Assembly: GCA_964234715.1 (NCBI GenBank)
Contig: OZ174276.1
Length of the DNA: 64,000 nucleotides
Direction: 5' to 3' (one strand)
Origin: Podarcis melisellensis
Lineage: Eukaryota
Positions within the stretch are counted from its first letter, which is position 1. Each line of letters begins with the position of its first letter. Under the pieces are notes generated by a model, which ran no database searches, was not told the DNA's origin, and saw nothing but the letters and a program-made list of their open reading frames with translations. A program made the position numbers and the translations under genes. Positions 23,914 through 37,744 of the stretch are shown piece by piece.

Positions 23914-24852
23914 CTTGATAATAAAACATCAAACATTAAAAACTGCCCTCAACACTGACTAGATCAGTAAACAAGCAAACACCTGACTGATTCTAAGCAA
24001 GAAATACTTGTAATGGTTTGCCTTTGGGCCAAAATCGAATAAAATTCATATCCCCCATACGAAAGAGTAGGTAGCGCGTTTTGTGCAAATTGGCGCTTGC
24101 GCTTCTTTTCTCTGTAAAATCAAATCAAGGCTGTGGTGCACACCCCGTTGCAAAAGGGGTTTATAAGTCCGCATTGCTGCCACCACCCAAGATACAATTC
24201 CGCACTGAGAAGACACTCTGAAACATCACTTCGCATCGAGTCTCTTCCACAGGCTTGTTGGTCCCACAGACCAGAATGCAGATCAGGCTGTGAAATGGGG
24301 GACAAAGTAGGGAGGAATTATGTTGCTGTTGGAAATGTGGAGATTCAATACCTAAAGCACGCCATGTGCAGTGTGCAAAAATTAGTTCAGATGATTGGAA
24401 GACTCTCCATAGAATAAAGTGGGTTTTTAAAAAGTGCTATTTTTTAAAGGCTGTAGTGACTTTCAGCAACATTATACCAAAATGTGGCTCAGAGGATGAT
24501 CTGATGCACTTCTACTGCTGAATGAATCTAACCAAGCCTGGTTTTGTGAGCTGTCAGGTGGGAGGCCCCTTGGGAACCATATATAGTCTGCTTTTAGTTC
24601 TCTGGAGTGAGCTGGGTAAGAGCAACATAGGAATTGTTTAAAAAGGTACCTTATTCATATGTTGTTTCTGGTGGTTGCATTTTTAAAAGCAAATGAGGTT
24701 ACCAAAATCACTCCTACAGCAGCACTTGGGCACATATTGTTAGTGCTAAATGAACAGAAAATAATGGCAGCAGTGGTGTTTTTATCCTGGAAGTAGAGTT
24801 GAATCTGCAGCTACACAACTCCATGCTTTCAGACCAAGAATGGACAAAAGTA

Positions 24853-25094
24853 CAGTGGTACTTCGGGTTAAGTATTTAATTCGTTCTGGAGGTCCGTTCT
24901 TAACCTGAGACTGTTCTTAACCTGAAGCACCACTTTAGCTAATGGGGCCTCCTGCTGCCCCTGCGCCGCCGCTGCACGATTTCTGTTCTCATCCTGAAGC
25001 AAAGTTCTTAACCTGAGGTACTATTTATGGGTTAGCGGAGTCTGTAACCTGAAGCGTATGTAACCTGAAGTGTATGTAACCCGAGGTACCACTG
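24853..25094. mobile_element. Tigger/mariner-like MITE just downstream of the BRPF1 polyA signal
   Basis: TA|CAGTGGTAC...GTACCACTG|TA. Confidence 0.85.
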
Positions 25095-25226
25095 TATAGA
25101 AAAGGCGGGAAAACATGAAAAAGCAAAACACTTTCCCTCATCTCTTCTGCTAACAAGAAAAAGAAAGAACGAAAGAAAGAAAGGAAAGAAAGAGAAAACA
25201 GACACCGTTGGTTCCAAAAGAGCCAT

Positions 25227-25232
25227 TTTATT
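25227..25232 (-). terminator. BRPF1 polyadenylation signal
   Basis: AATAAA on - strand about 670 nt after the stop codon, followed by a GU/U-rich element (ggtgtctgttttctctttc). Confidence 0.75.
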
Positions 25233-25900
25233 TTCTAAGAATTGATAGAGATCTTCTTCCTCCAAAATAAATACAAGTACAAATGCCCACCCGGCTGCAG
25301 CAGAAAGAAGAGCCGGGGGCCTACAGGGCAAGGGGGGGTGGGATCAGGCAGAGCCAGGTTCCAAAAAGCTATAGTATCAAAATGTGCGAGTGAGAAGACA
25401 GCGGCCCTGCTCTGCAGAGTGTCGGAAGGACTGGGCCGAGGAAAGGCTAATGGATCAGGGCAGGTACTATGATGCAGGGAAAGGAGGGGCCGGGGTCTGT
25501 GTGTTGGTGAGTGTTTATGGAGCAGCCCAAATAATTTACATTCTCCCACTATTGTACAGTATTTTACAAAGGCCCAGGGGACCTCAGTACCCAGACAGTG
25601 GGGTATTGTCCTTGGGAGCTGTACAGGCAGCTGGGTGTCGCTCACGCAGCTGGTCAGGGCAATTCCAGGCATGGAAGAAGGAACGGCAGGCTGGCACAAG
25701 AGGTAGGCTTGCCCACACGGAGGGCACAGTGCTCTGTGGGTGTGCTCAGCACACTGGAGGGGCCGTTGGGTGCTCTACGCAAGCTCCCGCAGCCTGGCCA
25801 CCAAGGGCCCGGGCTTCTCGAGGCTGGAGCTCCCCGCTCCCCTCTCCCGTACAGTCCAGCTGCACCGAGCGAGCAGCCTGGGCGGGAGCCCCGGTGAGGG

Positions 25901-26176
<276 letters not shown>

Positions 26177-26279
26177 TCATCCTTTCTCGGTATGGGGCAG
26201 CTCCACCCCCAACTTTATCCACCAGGTTTCGGTCCAGACAGCACCCCCATCTCTGCCAACTTCCGTCGTGGGCCCTTAC

Positions 26280-26434
26280 CAGGTACGCTTGTTGTCGAAG
26301 AAGAGGACCAGGTAGAGATGCTCCCGGGCTTCCTGAGTCATCTGCTCTCCCAGCTTCAGCACCTCCAAGGGGGGTACGGGGATGGGGACGCCATGGTGGA
26401 ACATCCCTTCCCGTGGCATCTTGGGGTCAATGAT
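26280..26434 (-). CDS. BRPF1: BRPF1 exon 13 (PWWP)
   Basis: 155 nt, [52 protein letters not shown]. Confidence 0.97.
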
Positions 26435-26680
26435 CTGCCAACAGGGGAAGATCAGACATCAAGAGAAGCGCAACTACACAGATGTTGCAATAGAGAAATC
26501 GTTGAGCGTGAACACACACCCACCAGACAAGGAAAGGCTGCTATGTAGAGTGCTGGAGTGGAGAAACTCCCAGGTTCACTGAAACTCACCAGCTGGCGTT
26601 GTGGAAGTCTGTATATTTCAGCCTAACCCGCACAGCATGCAAATTGACTGCCCTGAGCTGCTTGGAGGAGATGGAAATGT

Positions 26681-26828
26681 AGAATCATAGAATTGGAAGA
26701 GACCACAAGGGCCATTGAGTCCAACCCCCTGCCAAGCAGGAAACACCATCAGAGCACTCCTGACATATGGTTGTCAAGCCTCTGCTTAAAGACCTCCAAA
26801 GAAGGAGACTCCATCACACTCCTTGGCA
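26681..26828 (-). mobile_element. CR1-type 3' end fragment
   Basis: agaatcatagaattggaagagaccacaagggccattgagtccaacc is the reverse of a typical CR1 tail. Confidence 0.6.
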
Positions 26829-27716
26829 GTGACAAGTAAACAGATTGGGCAACTTTGAGGCTTTAAGGACCAATATGGCCTTTACATGCTAAAGAGCCTG
26901 AGTTGTTCACCGCTCACAATTGCACACGTATGCTGCTGGCGGTCACAGAATTGGGATTCCCCCAAAACCTTTGCTGTCCGCAATTCTTCCTGCCCCTTCT
27001 CCCCTTAAAACAGGTTTCTGTCTTTTATGGGTGTTGAAGAAACATTTCAAAGGCTCTGTGTCGTGCGTAGTAACGTGATGAGACATTAGAGAAGTGCACA
27101 ATCTTAAAACTTAACTGTTGCGTTTAGAATAAATTACTAACGCAACAACCATTTAATGTCTCCGTTAACACCAGGCTTATGCTAAAAGGTACTGATTAGG
27201 CAAGTAGTCCATCTATATCATTGCTAACAAACTGGTTGTATGGTTGCACAGCTTAGGGTTTAAGGATGTGGAGGCTGAAATCTTGAGTTCAAATTTCAAC
27301 AAAAAAAGCACTGGCAGAAGGTAGTAAGGCAGAAGCTGGGGACCCTTGCTCACCCAGATGTTGCTGGACTACAACTCCCATCACCCTTGACTATTGGCCA
27401 TGTCGGCTGGGGCTGATGGGAGTCGGAGTTTTCTCTCTCTCTTACACACACAAAATTACCCTCGTTTTTCTCCGCAAGAATTAGAAAAGTTCATTAAAAA
27501 ACAACAACCGAATCTTGTGTTTCTGTTGGTTTCTACACTAAGTAGCATTTTCTATTCTGCATAGACCTTCCTGTTTCACAAGACCTGTCCTTGAAGCTTT
27601 GCTTTGTTCATAACCTCATTTTCTACTATTATTTCAAAAGGTGCATCACCCCTACTCAGGTTTCCAGTGGCCTTAACCCTCCTCAGTGCGTATGTAGGCG
27701 TGCTCATCAAACCCAC

Positions 27717-27835
27717 CAGTGCTGGATAAGAGGGGTAACCCCTGCACTTGGCCCACACCAGGTCCAGGGCATCCAGAGGGGAGTCTTCATCCTCGGACAG
27801 CCAGCCGGCCGATCGGCTGATGCTCTTCCGCACCA
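27717..27835 (-). CDS. BRPF1: BRPF1 exon 12 (PWWP start, YPSYP)
   Basis: 119 nt, [40 protein letters not shown]. Confidence 0.96.
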
Positions 27836-27886
27836 CTGCACAAAGACAGAACGAGAGGGGAGAGGGTGTAATTGCCATCCTTCTCA

Positions 27887-28150
<264 letters not shown>

Positions 28151-28210
28151 TTAAATGCAGAAGTGGGAAAGGAATGAGACCCGTTCCCTGGGAAGTCCAA
28201 GAAGGATGCC

Positions 28211-28463
28211 CAGTGGTACCTCTGGTGCAAACGGGATCCGTTCCGGAGCCCCGTTCACATCCTGAAGCGAACGCAACCCATGTCCGTGCCTCTGCGCAGG
28301 TCGCTATTCGCCGCTTCCACGCATGCGCATGACGTCATTTTGAGCGTCTGCGCATGCGCGAGCGGCGAAACCCGGATGTAACATGCTCCATTACTTCCGG
28401 GTCGCAGCAGAGAGCAACCCGAAAATATTCATCCCGAAGCTACTTCAACCCGAGATATGACTG
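28211..28463. mobile_element. Tigger-like MITE
   Basis: CAGTGGTACCTC... / ...CGAGATATGACTG|TA termini. Confidence 0.65.
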
Positions 28464-28793
28464 TACTGCAGGAACTTCTTGCGTTCGATGCCAGGATTGA
28501 TCTCGCCGCTAGAACTTTGGGCAAGCATGGCAAGTGAGGAAACTGTCCTCAGCCTCTCATTGCGGCATACGTCAGAGAAGCCCTCGTGGAGCAGACCACA
28601 GGCCTACCTAATCCCACATCCTGTTTCTTGCCGCGGCCAACCAAATACTGGAAACAGCATGCAGGCAACTTGACTACTAGTTGCTCATAGCTTTGAAATG
28701 TGCGTAAATTTCTTTTTATAGAGGCATACAATGCAAGCAGCATTGAAAGGCGTGTTGTGTACACTGCTTCATTTGAAACAGTGCCTGATGCAT

Positions 28794-29063
28794 GGAAGAA
28801 GAAGAAGAAGAAGAAGAGGAGGAGGAGGAGGAGTTTGGATTTCATATCCTGCTTTATCACTACCTGAAGGAGTCTCAAAGCGGCTCACATTCTCCTTTCC
28901 CTTCCTCCCCGACAACAAACACTCTGTGAGGTGAGTGGGGCTGAGAGACTTCAGAGAAGTGTGACTAGCCCAAGGTCACCCAGAAGCTGCATGTGGAGGA
29001 GTGGAGATGCGAACCCGGTTCCCCAGATTACGAGACCACCGCTCTTAACCACTACACCACACT
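28794..29063 (-). mobile_element. Squam3-like SINE with (CTT/CCT)n tail
   Basis: tRNA-like head GTGTGGTGTAGTGGTTAAGAGCGG on - strand. Confidence 0.82.
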
Positions 29064-29414
29064 GTCTTAACCACTACACCACAATGACTAGTGCCTAGAA
29101 CCTTGTCAAAGCCACTACTTTTGCTAAATCAGCCATTTCCTTGTGGCACAGTTCTTCTGCTTTTGGCCCACCATTATCCGGAGCATATCAATGTATACCC
29201 AGCGAGCGGTTGTACTAAGACCTTGTGGCAGGGCGGTGCATGTGTCTGACAAGATTACCTTCGAAACTGGAAGGGCAGTTTACAGACTTCACACTTGCCA
29301 CCTGGGAAATTGCCTGACCTGGGACTATCCATTACTCTGCACTGTGCACCTAGCCTAAGGGGGGAAAGAGGCCCGGCTCTACAGCTCCATGCACTGGGAA
29401 GGATCTCCTGGTAC

Positions 29415-29562
29415 CTGGTACGGTCCGAGGCGGCGCTGCTGCTGGTTGTGCTGCTGGACTCAGATTCAGAACTGCTGCGTGGAAGGTTGTAGTCGTTGCG
29501 ATAAACTAGGAAGCTCTTCTTGACCGGCTGATTGCCGCTGCTGAAGCCGTTGGCCGGCAGGT
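29415..29562 (-). CDS. BRPF1: BRPF1 exon 10
   Basis: 148 nt, [49 protein letters not shown]. Confidence 0.95.
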
Positions 29563-29720
29563 CTGCAGAGGGTGGGGAGGGGAGGGCAAATCACAACAGG
29601 CTCCGATATAATGCCTATAACTGAATTCTCCAGCTGACAAATGCAATGGCTTTCTACCTGGCCAACCGTTACACTACAAATCGTGAAAGCTGGATTCAAG
29701 CACAGATGGATCCATTACAA

Positions 29721-29856
29721 CAGTGTTTCCCAAACTTGGGTCTCCAGCTGTTTTTGGACTACAACTCCCATCATCCCTACATAGCAAGCTCATTGGTCAA
29801 GGATGATGGGAACTGTAGTCCGAAAAACAGCTGGAGACCCAAGTTTGGAAACACTG
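29721..29856. mobile_element. Palindromic hAT-like MITE
   Basis: About 55-bp near-perfect inverted arms; 8-bp TSD cattacaa/ccttacaa. Confidence 0.85.
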
Positions 29857-30646
29857 CCTTACAAGCTTTTCTTTTTATCTATTCTGTCCCCTCCCCTGTT
29901 CCTCCGTCATGCTTTTTACATCTTTCTGTGCATATACTTTCAACCTCTGTGCCCCATCGGCTTCCCAGAAGACCCAGCCCCTCTCTTTTCACCGCTGATG
30001 TTACTTTTACCACTTTGTTAACAGGGACAAGATGCTTAACCTGACACAGGCAATACTCTCGTATCAAACTGTGGCTACTTTATGTGGCACTGAATGAAAC
30101 CTGCAGGGCGCAATCTAACAAAAACGGCTTGCGTTATTTAATTCCTTCCTTGCACGTATGCTGAGTTTGAGGCAAATCCCACCTCCCTTCCAATCTAAGT
30201 ATCTACACTCGTAACAGGGGACTTGTGGAAAGAAGACCGTCCATGTGTTAGGATATAGTTCCATTCCACCTTTAGAACAGGCATGTGGAGTCTGCTGGGA
30301 ACTTCCGTTGTATATAGCTTTTGCCTGTGCTGCTTTTTTGCTTGGACACGAAAGAGAGCAGACATGTTTTCTTTGTCCTGTTCTAATGCTGAATAAACCC
30401 TTGCATATGCTTCTGTCCGCCACTTCCGTTGTGAAGAGTTATTCACTCTGCTGATTAGAGCGTGCTCAAGTCTCTAAAGGTTTCTGTGGCTTGTGTCGCT
30501 GTTTGATGCTGTTCCAAGGGAGACCAGAGTTCGACCGGCTGCCGGCCGGTGGCTGGAGTCAGCTGGGAGCCTGCTAAATGCCCCCGTCTCCCCGGGCGCA
30601 TCCCAACACCACACACTATCTCAGCTTGGCCCCATTCCTCACTCAC

Positions 30647-30925
30647 CAATTGGAGCGTCATCTGCCGATTTGTCGCTGTCGCTGTCGGAGGTGGAGCTGG
30701 GCCGTGGGCTCCTCTTGCGCGGCCGCCGGGACACCATGATTGGCAGCTGAGGGGGGCCCACGGGGCTGTTCCCGTGACCCGGAGCCAGCTGGCTGTCGCG
30801 GTTCTTGGGCGGGCGCCCCGGGCGCTTGGGGGGCCCGGCCGTTTTGGGGTTCTTCTTGGAGAAAAGCACCGACGTTCTCCTGCCGACTTCGTGCGCAGGC
30901 GTGGAGGATGAGTTGGGGCCAAGGC
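30647..30925 (-). CDS. BRPF1: BRPF1 exon 9
   Basis: 279 nt, [44 protein letters not shown]...[12 protein letters not shown]. Confidence 0.95.
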
Positions 30926-31889
30926 CTGGAAGGGCAAGCAGTGATATTACTCAGAGGATGAACATGAGCACTTCCCTTCAGTATCCCCACCGCCCGTCCT
31001 TGGAAGCTGAATGGGTTCATTCGAAGGGATTGCTCCCCCTATACACTGAGCAGCCCCCTCTCCTGTGATGGGAGCCACCCACAGCAGCTGCTGAACAGAT
31101 CTCAGGAGTTCTGAATCCAAACTTCAATGTCTAAAATCCCTGGTAGAGGACAAAGATCCTGAGATCACTTTAAGGGTGGCCAAATTCTGTGTGATTGCCA
31201 TAAAACTTAGGGAACAAGCTGTGCTATCATGATTAACGCCTTAAATGATAATTTTAGGTTATATGTTAGTGACAAAGTTTTAATTTATATATTTTTAAAC
31301 TGTTGCTATATCTGTATTGTCCCTGTTATACCTAAATGCAAATTCAAATACATCTCTATCGTGTTTTATGACTTCCTTGATACTGTATGTGGGCTGGAAC
31401 TGGTCTGTGACTGAAATAATAAAATTCATTCACTCAGGAGTTCCAGAGTAGGGGATAACGCTAATAGGAAGTGGCAGATCCCACTCTATGAGCCGCTGGG
31501 TAAACACTGGGAATCTATTAGGGCTGATGCCAAGGAAGACGTTACTAGGCCTGGATGATACGTCAATATATGATCCAAAGCTGGTTTGAAATCCTTATCG
31601 TTATATCGGTTTCATCATCTTTGACCTGGCAATATATCGCAAATTGTGATGTGTGTTAGGGCTGGGCGATATATCTTCCAAAACTGGTTCGAAGACCATA
31701 CTGTGATCTCGGTTTAATAGTTTTTTGACCTGGCAATATGTCATGAATCATGGTGTGTGTGTGCTATGCAAAAATCACAATGTGGGAAAAACCGCAAAGC
31801 CAGCCAATGCCTCTACATGGCTCCATCCTTATTGCAGACATTGTGATATATCAGTATAGCACAATGTTTAGCTGGTGATATATCACAAT

Positions 31890-32236
31890 AAAGGTAAAGG
31901 TAAAGGACCCCTGGACAGTTAAGTCCAGTCAAAGGCAACTGTGGGGTTGCAGCGCTCATCTCGCTTTTCAGGCCAAGGGAGCCGGCGTCTGTCCACAAAC
32001 AGCTTTCTGGGTCATGTGGCCAGCAGGACTAAACCGCTTCCGGAGCAATGGAACACCGTGACGGAAACCAGAGCAGTGCACGGAAACACCATTTACCTTC
32101 CTGTCACAGTGGTACCTATTTATCTACTTGCACTGGTGTGCTTTCGAAATGCTAGGTTGACAGGAGCTGGGACAGAGCAATGGGAGCTCAGCCCATAGTG
32201 GGGATTCAAACCACCAACCTTCTGATTGGCCAGCCC
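31890..32236 (-). mobile_element. Sauria-type SINE nested in a hAT-like element (about 31657-32275; related copy about 47406-47670)
   Basis: SINE core motifs; host termini TAGGGCTGGGCGATA...TATCGCCCCGCCCTG. Confidence 0.75.
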
Positions 32237-32471
32237 AATATCATGATGCTGAAAACCAGATATCGCCCCGCCCTGGGTGTTATACCTTGAACCTCAGCCT
32301 GGATCATCAACTGAAGTGCAATATTTTCTGGGAATCCTCCCGAGGAGGAGGTGCTGCACTGCTCCCCTGGCCAAGCCCCTCCCACTCGTGGAGGACCCTG
32401 CTTGTGGTACAAGCAACCCCTGCCTGGCTGGGAACTGGCTGCTCCATGCGGTCCCAGGCCCCGCCACCCAC

Positions 32472-32777
32472 CTTTGCCGGTCTCCTGGCTGCTGCTCTCC
32501 TCGGCGGCACTGTCGGTTTGCGTGTCCTTCTCGCAGGGGTTATGGGCCGGCAGGATGATGCGGGTCAGGGGGCCGTGCCCATCCCTCCCCGACTCCCGCT
32601 GGTGCGCCAGTTTGCGCCGCAAGGCCGTAATCTCCTTCTTGATCATCTTGGCCCGCCGGCAGCGGCCCACGCTCTGCTTCCCGGCGCTCACCTCGGCCAG
32701 GCGTTCCACCAGCAGGCCCAGCTGGTCTTCCAGGGGCAGGTGTTTCTGGTTCTCAGACAGCAGCACCCGCTCCTCGT
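32472..32777 (-). CDS. BRPF1: BRPF1 exon 8
   Basis: 306 nt, [20 protein letters not shown]...[16 protein letters not shown]. Confidence 0.94.
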
Positions 32778-35379
32778 CTGCGCCAACAAGGAAACAAAGC
32801 CCAGTATAAGGAGGAGGCTTCTGCCGACGGACCCAGGAGAGACCGGAACCCGGAAGGCAAAGAAAGGAGGCAGGGTTGGGGGAACCTGTAGTTCTCTGGA
32901 CATTACAGGACTACAACTCCCATCAGCCCCTGCGGTCAGGGATATTGGGAATTGGGGTGGGACAACAGCTGGAGGACCACAGGTTCTCCAGGCCTGACAT
33001 TGTTATGCAGCATCTCAGTCCCTAAAAGGGGGCAAAACGGAGAGCAGGAAAGTATCATGGATAAGGGCGGTTGCCTTCCACAATTCCATATGCATGCAGT
33101 TTTAAGTGCATTTCAAATCCTTGGGAATTCAAGTAGCTTCTATCCCCGCCTCCTTTCGTTGAAAGTTTGTTAGGTTCCAGATTTCTGATTATAAATCTTA
33201 AGATGTGTTCGGTTTCCTCCTCCTCTCCAGCAGCCAAGCACATGGAAAAGTAGCTAGTTGGACCATCTGTCTCTGGGGCACTCTGGCATGAGCGAGTCCG
33301 ACTGTTAACAGCCTAGCTATAAGGATGGCTGCCGTGGACTGTAGCTACCCACCACTGCCCCATACATAATTCTTATCTGGCTCCTGGCTGCCAATATCTT
33401 AAGGCATGGTGAAAGCCTCACCAATAGTTTCAATGATGTGGAAAAGCGAGGAACATATGAGGTTCTAACAAACAGATATACCAGACTTTGGTGGTTAACC
33501 TCTCTGATGTGCAGATCTGACTAGATCCTTCAGATTTTGCACTTTTATGAATTTTGCAGGACAGTTCTTGACTTGAAAAAGTACCAAGATACAGATAAAA
33601 GTGCTTTTAAAAAACAAACAAACAAAAAACATGTAGAAATATGTCCCTTTGAGACAAAATATGTTTAGAACAGTGTGTGAGAAAATGCATTCAAAGCTAC
33701 ATCTGAAGTACACGTGTTGATAGGGATTTTTTTTTTTTTAAATGCAGATCTGTATGGAGATGGGAAGGAAGGAATTTATTGCTGAACATATGAAAACCAG
33801 CCTTTCTCAGCCCGGTGCTTTTCAGATGTTTTGGGCTCCAGGTCCCAACAGTCCCAGCATGCATGGCCAATGGCCAGGGATGATGGGAGTTGTAGTCCAA
33901 CAACATCCAGGGTGTGAGGAAAGGCTGGGACTGATATGGACTGGAAATAGACTGGTCCGTAATTCTTGGAAAAATGAATAATTTAAATATTGCCATTTAA
34001 AAGCAAACAAACAATGAAGATATTTATGAAAAAAACGGTCGTCTGCATACTTCCTTTAGGGGGCAGAACAAAGAGATCTTTCAGACAGGGGTGTTAAAGA
34101 CCGAAAGACAAGACCAGTACCAACAGCTCTTAAAGAAGCCCTCAGATGTCAAGGAGAAAAACAACTATCTTACTTTTAGAAGACATCTGAAGGCAGCCCT
34201 GTTTAGGGATATTTTTAAAGTTTTGATGTTTCATTCAGTTTTTAATCTGTTGGGAGCCACACAGAGTGGCTGGGGAAACCTAGCCGGATGGGTGGGGTAT
34301 AAATAAATTATCATCATCATCATCTTTGCATCCTCTTTGTCACAAAGCAAAGAGGAGGGCAGTTTCTTGAGTCTAACCTATAATACAAAGGGCTCAGTGC
34401 TAAAAGGATTCAAGACAACATAGGGTCCTTTTTGCTAAAAGCCAAGGTAGCAAACAAACAACCATAGAGGCTCAGGGTAATTGTAAGTTGCTGGGTGAGA
34501 GGATAGATGGGAGAGAGGAGAGACCGCTGGAGGATGGTTTGTTTAAAGAAAGCACATCACGACGTTTTCCTTCCTGGAGGAAAATGAATCCCACCCCCAC
34601 CCCCTTGTTTGTTGGCCTAGATACACATTGGAGCATTGTTTAATGCTTGTGCCCCGTAAAAGGAAGAAAGAAGTGAGCCAAATGCCACTTGGCAACCTCT
34701 TGTCTTGGGACTTTTCCTGCACGGGAGAGGAAGGGGAAAGTTGCCAAGAGGGATTCTAGTAGTTGAAATTCTGCAAGCCACCTCTGGCAGCTTGTCAATA
34801 TACCAAACCGCAATTTTTGAAAGCTGGTGGGCTGCTGCAACGGGGAAGTTTTGGCCCAAGTTCCCACTTTCTTAGCCCCTGCAGCTCTGGAAAAGTTTCC
34901 TTTGGTTAGCCTTCCTCTTTTCCGAATTCACCCCCGTGACCTCCTTCTCTCGCACTCGGACCACTTCCATCTTCCTCCGTGAGGCTCTCCTTGCCCAGCC
35001 CCTCCTTTCGCCACACTTCTTCCCCAGGAGGCCTGCCTCTTTCTAAAATCACAGCAGCTCAGATGGTGCCAGCCGGGTCCCTCCCTCTACGTGCCCTTAG
35101 GGCAGGCAGCCAACACTGCCAGAAGCTCCAGCCCTCCCACAAAACCCTTTTTGTGCTTTGCGATAAAGGCATCTCGGCAACGGCTGCAATCTCACTGGGG
35201 AGAGAAGGCAGGGGCTTCCTCTTCAGACACCCCTTTCTTCCCAGTGGATCCAATCCGAGTGAATGCCAGCTTCCGCCCAGGCAACCTGGGGCAGCTTTCA
35301 GTTCTGGCACTCCTGCCCCTACCCGGGCAGCCACCATCCTAATCTCTGGGCATTAGCCGAGGGCATTTCTAATACTGAC

Positions 35380-35686
35380 CGTTCTCGGTGCTCCGCAGAG
35401 GCACCTCATCCGCGGCCATGGGGAAGTGCATGCCCGTCTCGAAGTCGATGCCCATCTTCTCCGCTTGCCGGCGCGCCTGCCGCAGCACGACGTCCCCTTG
35501 CTCCCGCAAGCGGACGGCTGCCCGGTAGAAGATGGTGTCTTTGGCGTTGTACTTCAAGCAGTTGCTAACGATCAGGTTGAAGTCCTCTTCGAACTCGTCC
35601 AGGTTCAGGTAGCGATAGCCCTCCAGCTTCTGCTTCATGGTGTAGAAGTCCATTGGCTTCTTAATGTGGTCCAGGTAGTCTGGGAC
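35380..35686 (-). CDS. BRPF1: BRPF1 exon 7 (bromodomain)
   Basis: 307 nt, [14 protein letters not shown]...[21 protein letters not shown]; acetyl-lysine-binding Asn present. Confidence 0.97.
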
Positions 35687-37744
35687 CTGCAGCGGGCAGA
35701 GAGAGAGAGAGCAGAACGGCTAAGAGATGGGGGAGATCGCCGCCCCGGGGTGGGGAATCCCTGCTCCAAGAGAAGACGAAACAAAAGTTAGAAGCAGTCC
35801 CGAAAGCCTCTCGCCCAATCTGGAGCAATTTCCCCACGGAGAAAGGGGCACTGCCATTCAGCGCGGGCACACAAAGTCGGGCACCCTCCCCCAAGGGTCC
35901 GTGAATGGTGTTCTCCCACCCACACCTTCCGAAAAAAAGAATAGCGAACGTTTAGAAAGGCGGGTGGCTTGCAAGGGGACGCAAAAAGCAAAGCTGGCAG
36001 GCTGCTCGTGAAGAGGTTTGGGACCTTGCTCCCAACCTCTGCTCCTCTGCATGTGCTGCAAGTCCCCTAAAAGTGTCTGCCTGCAGTCTTCCTCGCCATA
36101 CCTGGCTACCCCACCTATTACCTCTCAATTTCCTTTCTCAATAGGCCTCAATCTCAACACACAACTCTCTCTGCGTCACAGGAGGTTCTCCAAAACCCCT
36201 CTTGCCAGGCCCGGCACCACCCTGACTAAGGGCTGGGGACAAACCTCTTCCTCCTCCTAGGCAAAGACAGTTCCTGCATCCTCCTCCCATATATAACAAA
36301 GCTGTGTGACAGAAAACCAGGGTTTTTTAATATAATTATGCTGTATTGACGGAATAGAGCAAGCCTGATCTGATGGTAAGTTTGTACTGCTAAGAAGTGG
36401 GTCAGCAAAAAAATAAAATAAGAGAGCGTCCACAAAAAAACGGGGCTGATAACCAGACATTTTCATTAAGCTATTTGCCCCGGCCTGCAATGATCTACTC
36501 AAACAATTTGTTTTTCATCAACAGTCAGGAGGGAAATGTAAAATGAACCTTTAAAAACAACAACAACAAAAAACCACACTTTGGCTTTAGAGTAGACAAT
36601 TCACTTTGATGGAGTGGTGCTGATTTTGTGTATTTTTCCCTTCCCAACTGCCCAACCTAGAAGCAGAATCTAAATCTGGACTGAATTGTACCCTCTTTCT
36701 GATGAAGACAAGGTATCCCTTGAAAGCTGAGTTTTGCTCCTTCGTAGCTTTTCTACTTTCTGTATTTATTGAAATTAAATACAGCAAAGATATGTACTCC
36801 GATCTTCTTAGTTCCTTAATACGAATGACATATTGACCTTAAATAGCAGCACGGCTTTCAGAGGAAGAGTATGAAGGACCGGCCACGTTGGGAATGTAAC
36901 ACTAAACCCTGACTTGGTCCTACGTAAACAAGCAACAGTGAGACTTGGACTCGTTCACTGCCTTCCGCATGACCAGAACGAGGACTTTGCGAACCTCTAT
37001 CTCCAGTTTGTGTGTGTAGAAGCTCTAAAAGCGGACTGGCTGGGCAATGGTGTTATTATTTCCCCTGGTGGTGACTAGCCTGTAGGGCAAACAGATCCTC
37101 TTCTGTAAGAGAAGTCACATAACCCCATACAAAATCAAAAGGAATAGAACAGTCCAGCTTGAGTTTAGACGGCCCTTGTCAAATTGCCAACCTGTACACC
37201 CCTCCCTGCACCTTCATGGAAAACCCTCAGGGCTTTTATCTTGGTGACCTGGGTGACTCAACACATTGGCCTCCCTCCTCTCCTCACCCTGCAAAACGGA
37301 CAATTCCCGAAGCAATTTTTGGTGGTGACACTGACTGCAACCCACCCCCCTCAGGGTGGCGTTAGAATTTACCTTCTCATTCGTTACCAAAAACAAAGAT
37401 GGCGGCCAACTGGAGTGGGCGGGGGTGGTTTTGTTTTGTTTTGAAAAAGAGGGCCCAGGGCAGGTGTCAGCAGTGGGCCGTCCCAGGGCACGGAAGAGCA
37501 AGGAAACCATCTACTGACGCCAGGCCTGGAAATGGCGTCTAACCCTAGCTTTGGACCAGAGTACATTCGAGCTACTTGCCCAGCCAGCGGGGCCTCTGGT
37601 GCCTTTCGCACACACAACGGCCCAACCCTGTGGGCGTGCGAAGGAAGGGTCCGGGGTTGTTGGGGGCACAGGACAGGACAGGCCCAGCGCCAGGGCTGGA
37701 TGGGAACAGAGCAAAGTATAAATTGGGGGTGGAGGGGTTCTTAC

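Noticed and set aside
32287-32997. 236-aa + strand ORF
   Set aside because: Antisense shadow of BRPF1 exon 8 running into a MITE.
35059-35337. 92-aa - strand ORF just after BRPF1 exon 7
   Set aside because: Exon 7 to exon 8 splicing already keeps phase and a human-like length; no clear donor or homology.
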